DNA of 63,460 nt, filler included, from Reticulomyxa filosa (Eukaryota; Protista; Foraminifera), in the NCBI GenBank assembly GCA_000512085.1. It is 25 parts of 25 records of this genome, joined end to end, with 100 filler letters (N's around TTAATTAATTAA, not from the genome) between each part and the next. Parts side by side here need not be neighbours in the genome. Positions count along the whole stretch, not along the records: positions 59,615 to 61,863 come from ASPP01028922.1; positions 61,964 to 63,460 come from ASPP01028322.1; 23 more parts are not named here. One strand, given 5' to 3'. The first letter of the stretch is position 1; each line of letters opens with the position of its first letter. The position numbers were made by a program, and so were the translations under genes. This document shows, piece by piece, positions 61,741 to 63,460 of this stretch. Below the pieces are notes generated by a model, which saw nothing but the letters and a program-made list of their open reading frames with translations, ran no database searches and was not told where the DNA came from.

Positions 61741-63460
61741 TCCATCAGCAACAATTTGACAACGAGGCTGCCACATTTGCTTTCATATATGCAATCATCG
61801 ATTCTATGATGTACTTTACAACATCGTATCACCACGTTACTAAAGAATATCTCCCGCATCAAGNNNNNNNNNNNNNNNNNNNNNNNNNNNNNNNNNNNNN
61901 NNNNNNNTTAATTAATTAANNNNNNNNNNNNNNNNNNNNNNNNNNNNNNNNNNNNNNNNNNNNCCAAAGCTGATTGTTTGCGTGCGCACATGCGCAACTT
62001 TGGGTTTTGATTGATTGTATGCTGATAGACGGGCTCTCTAGAAAGAAAGGAATAGTGTTTGTTCATTGCTGCAAAAGTTTCTTGCCTTTTGCATTTATCG
62101 AAAAATCTTTGCTGGACCGTCTCCGAGATCGTTTATGGCTGTTGGAAGTGCGAGTGTTTATAATTGGATCGGGTTGATGTGGTTTGGACTGTAAACCGCG
62201 TAGAAACATTTGGCACGTTGAATGATGGCACACAAGAAAGAATAACAATGGACACGTCCAATAATGACAACTACTATCATTGAACCACCAATCCAAAAGT
62301 TGTCGAATTGCCTTGGATAATGGTCACTGTTGAAAATTCTCAGCATCCAGTAACGTGCGTCGAAAGTGTGGTCCCTTCATTCGCAATGGTGACAAGAGCG
62401 GATGAACTTCGCATTACGTGATTGCACTTGAAAAGTCGAACAAAATCTTCAAAGCGCAAGCAAGTGACAATATGCATCTTGGTGCTGCCGGACACGAAAG
62501 CAAACCTGCCAATGAGAAAAAAAAAAAGTCGGTATCTTTTTCCATTTTGCGCAATACTATCACATTCTACGGTATCACAACGGAGGCAGCGAGACTCTGG
62601 ATTGGCTGGAGAAGTGGAAAGAACGTGGATGTTGTATATGAAATAATTGCACATGGCAGCCGAAGGAAGTCACTATTTACTCTTTCAATGTCGTGATTTA
62701 ATTTGGTGGATGATTTGTGCGAATGTCATCAACAAACAAGAAGAATAGGATGATGATGAGGATGACGATGATGAAGAGAACAAAGATTATTCCGAAGCCA
62801 TACTACGTTGAATATTTTATTTTTTTTAAAAAGATAATATGTCGATTTTATTGTTTCGTTATATAGAATAGCTCTTCACATCCACAAGTGGCGACGTTGC
62901 GCATTCTTCAACATGGACGAATTCCACAATATCAAGTGCAGTTCCAATGATGATGATGACAACACGCAGTACATATTCTTTTATTTATTAGTCAATTGTT
63001 CAAGACGTTGTGCTGGTGTTGTGCATACCGATATTTGGATGCTGCTATATTTCAGCGACTATCTCTTGACTCGCCAAATAATATAGCGACTTTTGAATTG
63101 TCGATTCAATTACAAATGGAGTAGCAGCATTAGTTCTTCCTCGCACCAAATCGAAGGCTTAGACATTGACAATGTGTTGGTAGCGATGCCCCCCCCCCTG
63201 CTGTATGATACGTACACAATATTTTGTGCCGGCAGGTCGAGCCCTATCTCTCAAAAAATGTCGCCATAATTACGAAATTATTCGGTTTCCAAAAACCGAA
63301 TCACTCGGATTCAAAAAGTGAAAAGGTCTGCCATTGACAAGGCAGACACCCAAAGAAATGGTAGCTCAGTGGACAAGAGCATTTCAATGATACTTGCTTC
63401 CCTCCAAGTTGGCTCAATCACCCAAAATAACGGGAATACTTAATGGGAAGTATTGTCATT

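Noticed and set aside
63358-63382. GGTAGCTCAGTGGACAAGAGCA resembling a tRNA D-arm/A-box
   Set aside because: No anticodon stem, T-loop or acceptor pairing follows.
61964-63460. Short ORFs in the last contig
   Set aside because: Stop-riddled coding-like DNA with no recognisable family; probably a decayed gene but not assignable.

Overview
This window is not one continuous locus. It is about 25 short contigs joined by 24 artificial 100-bp spacers (N44-TTAATTAATTAA-N44), so adjacency across spacers means nothing. Most contigs are AT-rich eukaryotic DNA with short GT-AG introns and microsatellites. The gene families (expanded WD40, NACHT/HEAT proteins, a foraminiferal-like alpha-tubulin, polyubiquitin with a residue between monomers) point to a rhizarian, most likely a foraminiferan such as Reticulomyxa filosa (inference). 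Recognisable eukaryotic genes: gamma-butyrobetaine-dioxygenase-like, PrsW-like protease, ferric reductase/NOX, CRAL-TRIO, ERLEC1/OS-9 lectin, WD40, G-protein beta, two NACHT-family paralogues, TLDc, CAP-Gly and two kinases. Decayed copies include polyubiquitin, alpha-tubulin, a Tc1 transposase, a chromodomain and a tandem array. Three contigs are bacterial: an AT-rich, symbiont-like one (hup plus a repeat membrane protein) and two GC-rich ones (persulfide dioxygenase/TauE/tRNA-Ser; large NAD-glutamate dehydrogenase). Signals the ORF track does not show: intronless NLR-like NACHT-HEAT genes, one cut off by an LTR-like element; a solo LTR with a 4-bp target-site duplication; two non-canonical tRNA-like RNAs; a ~115-nt hairpin; a dioxygenase lacking catalytic residues; TGA codons at Trp-like sites in the PrsW gene; and a micro-inversion. 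All calls were made by eye, without database searches.
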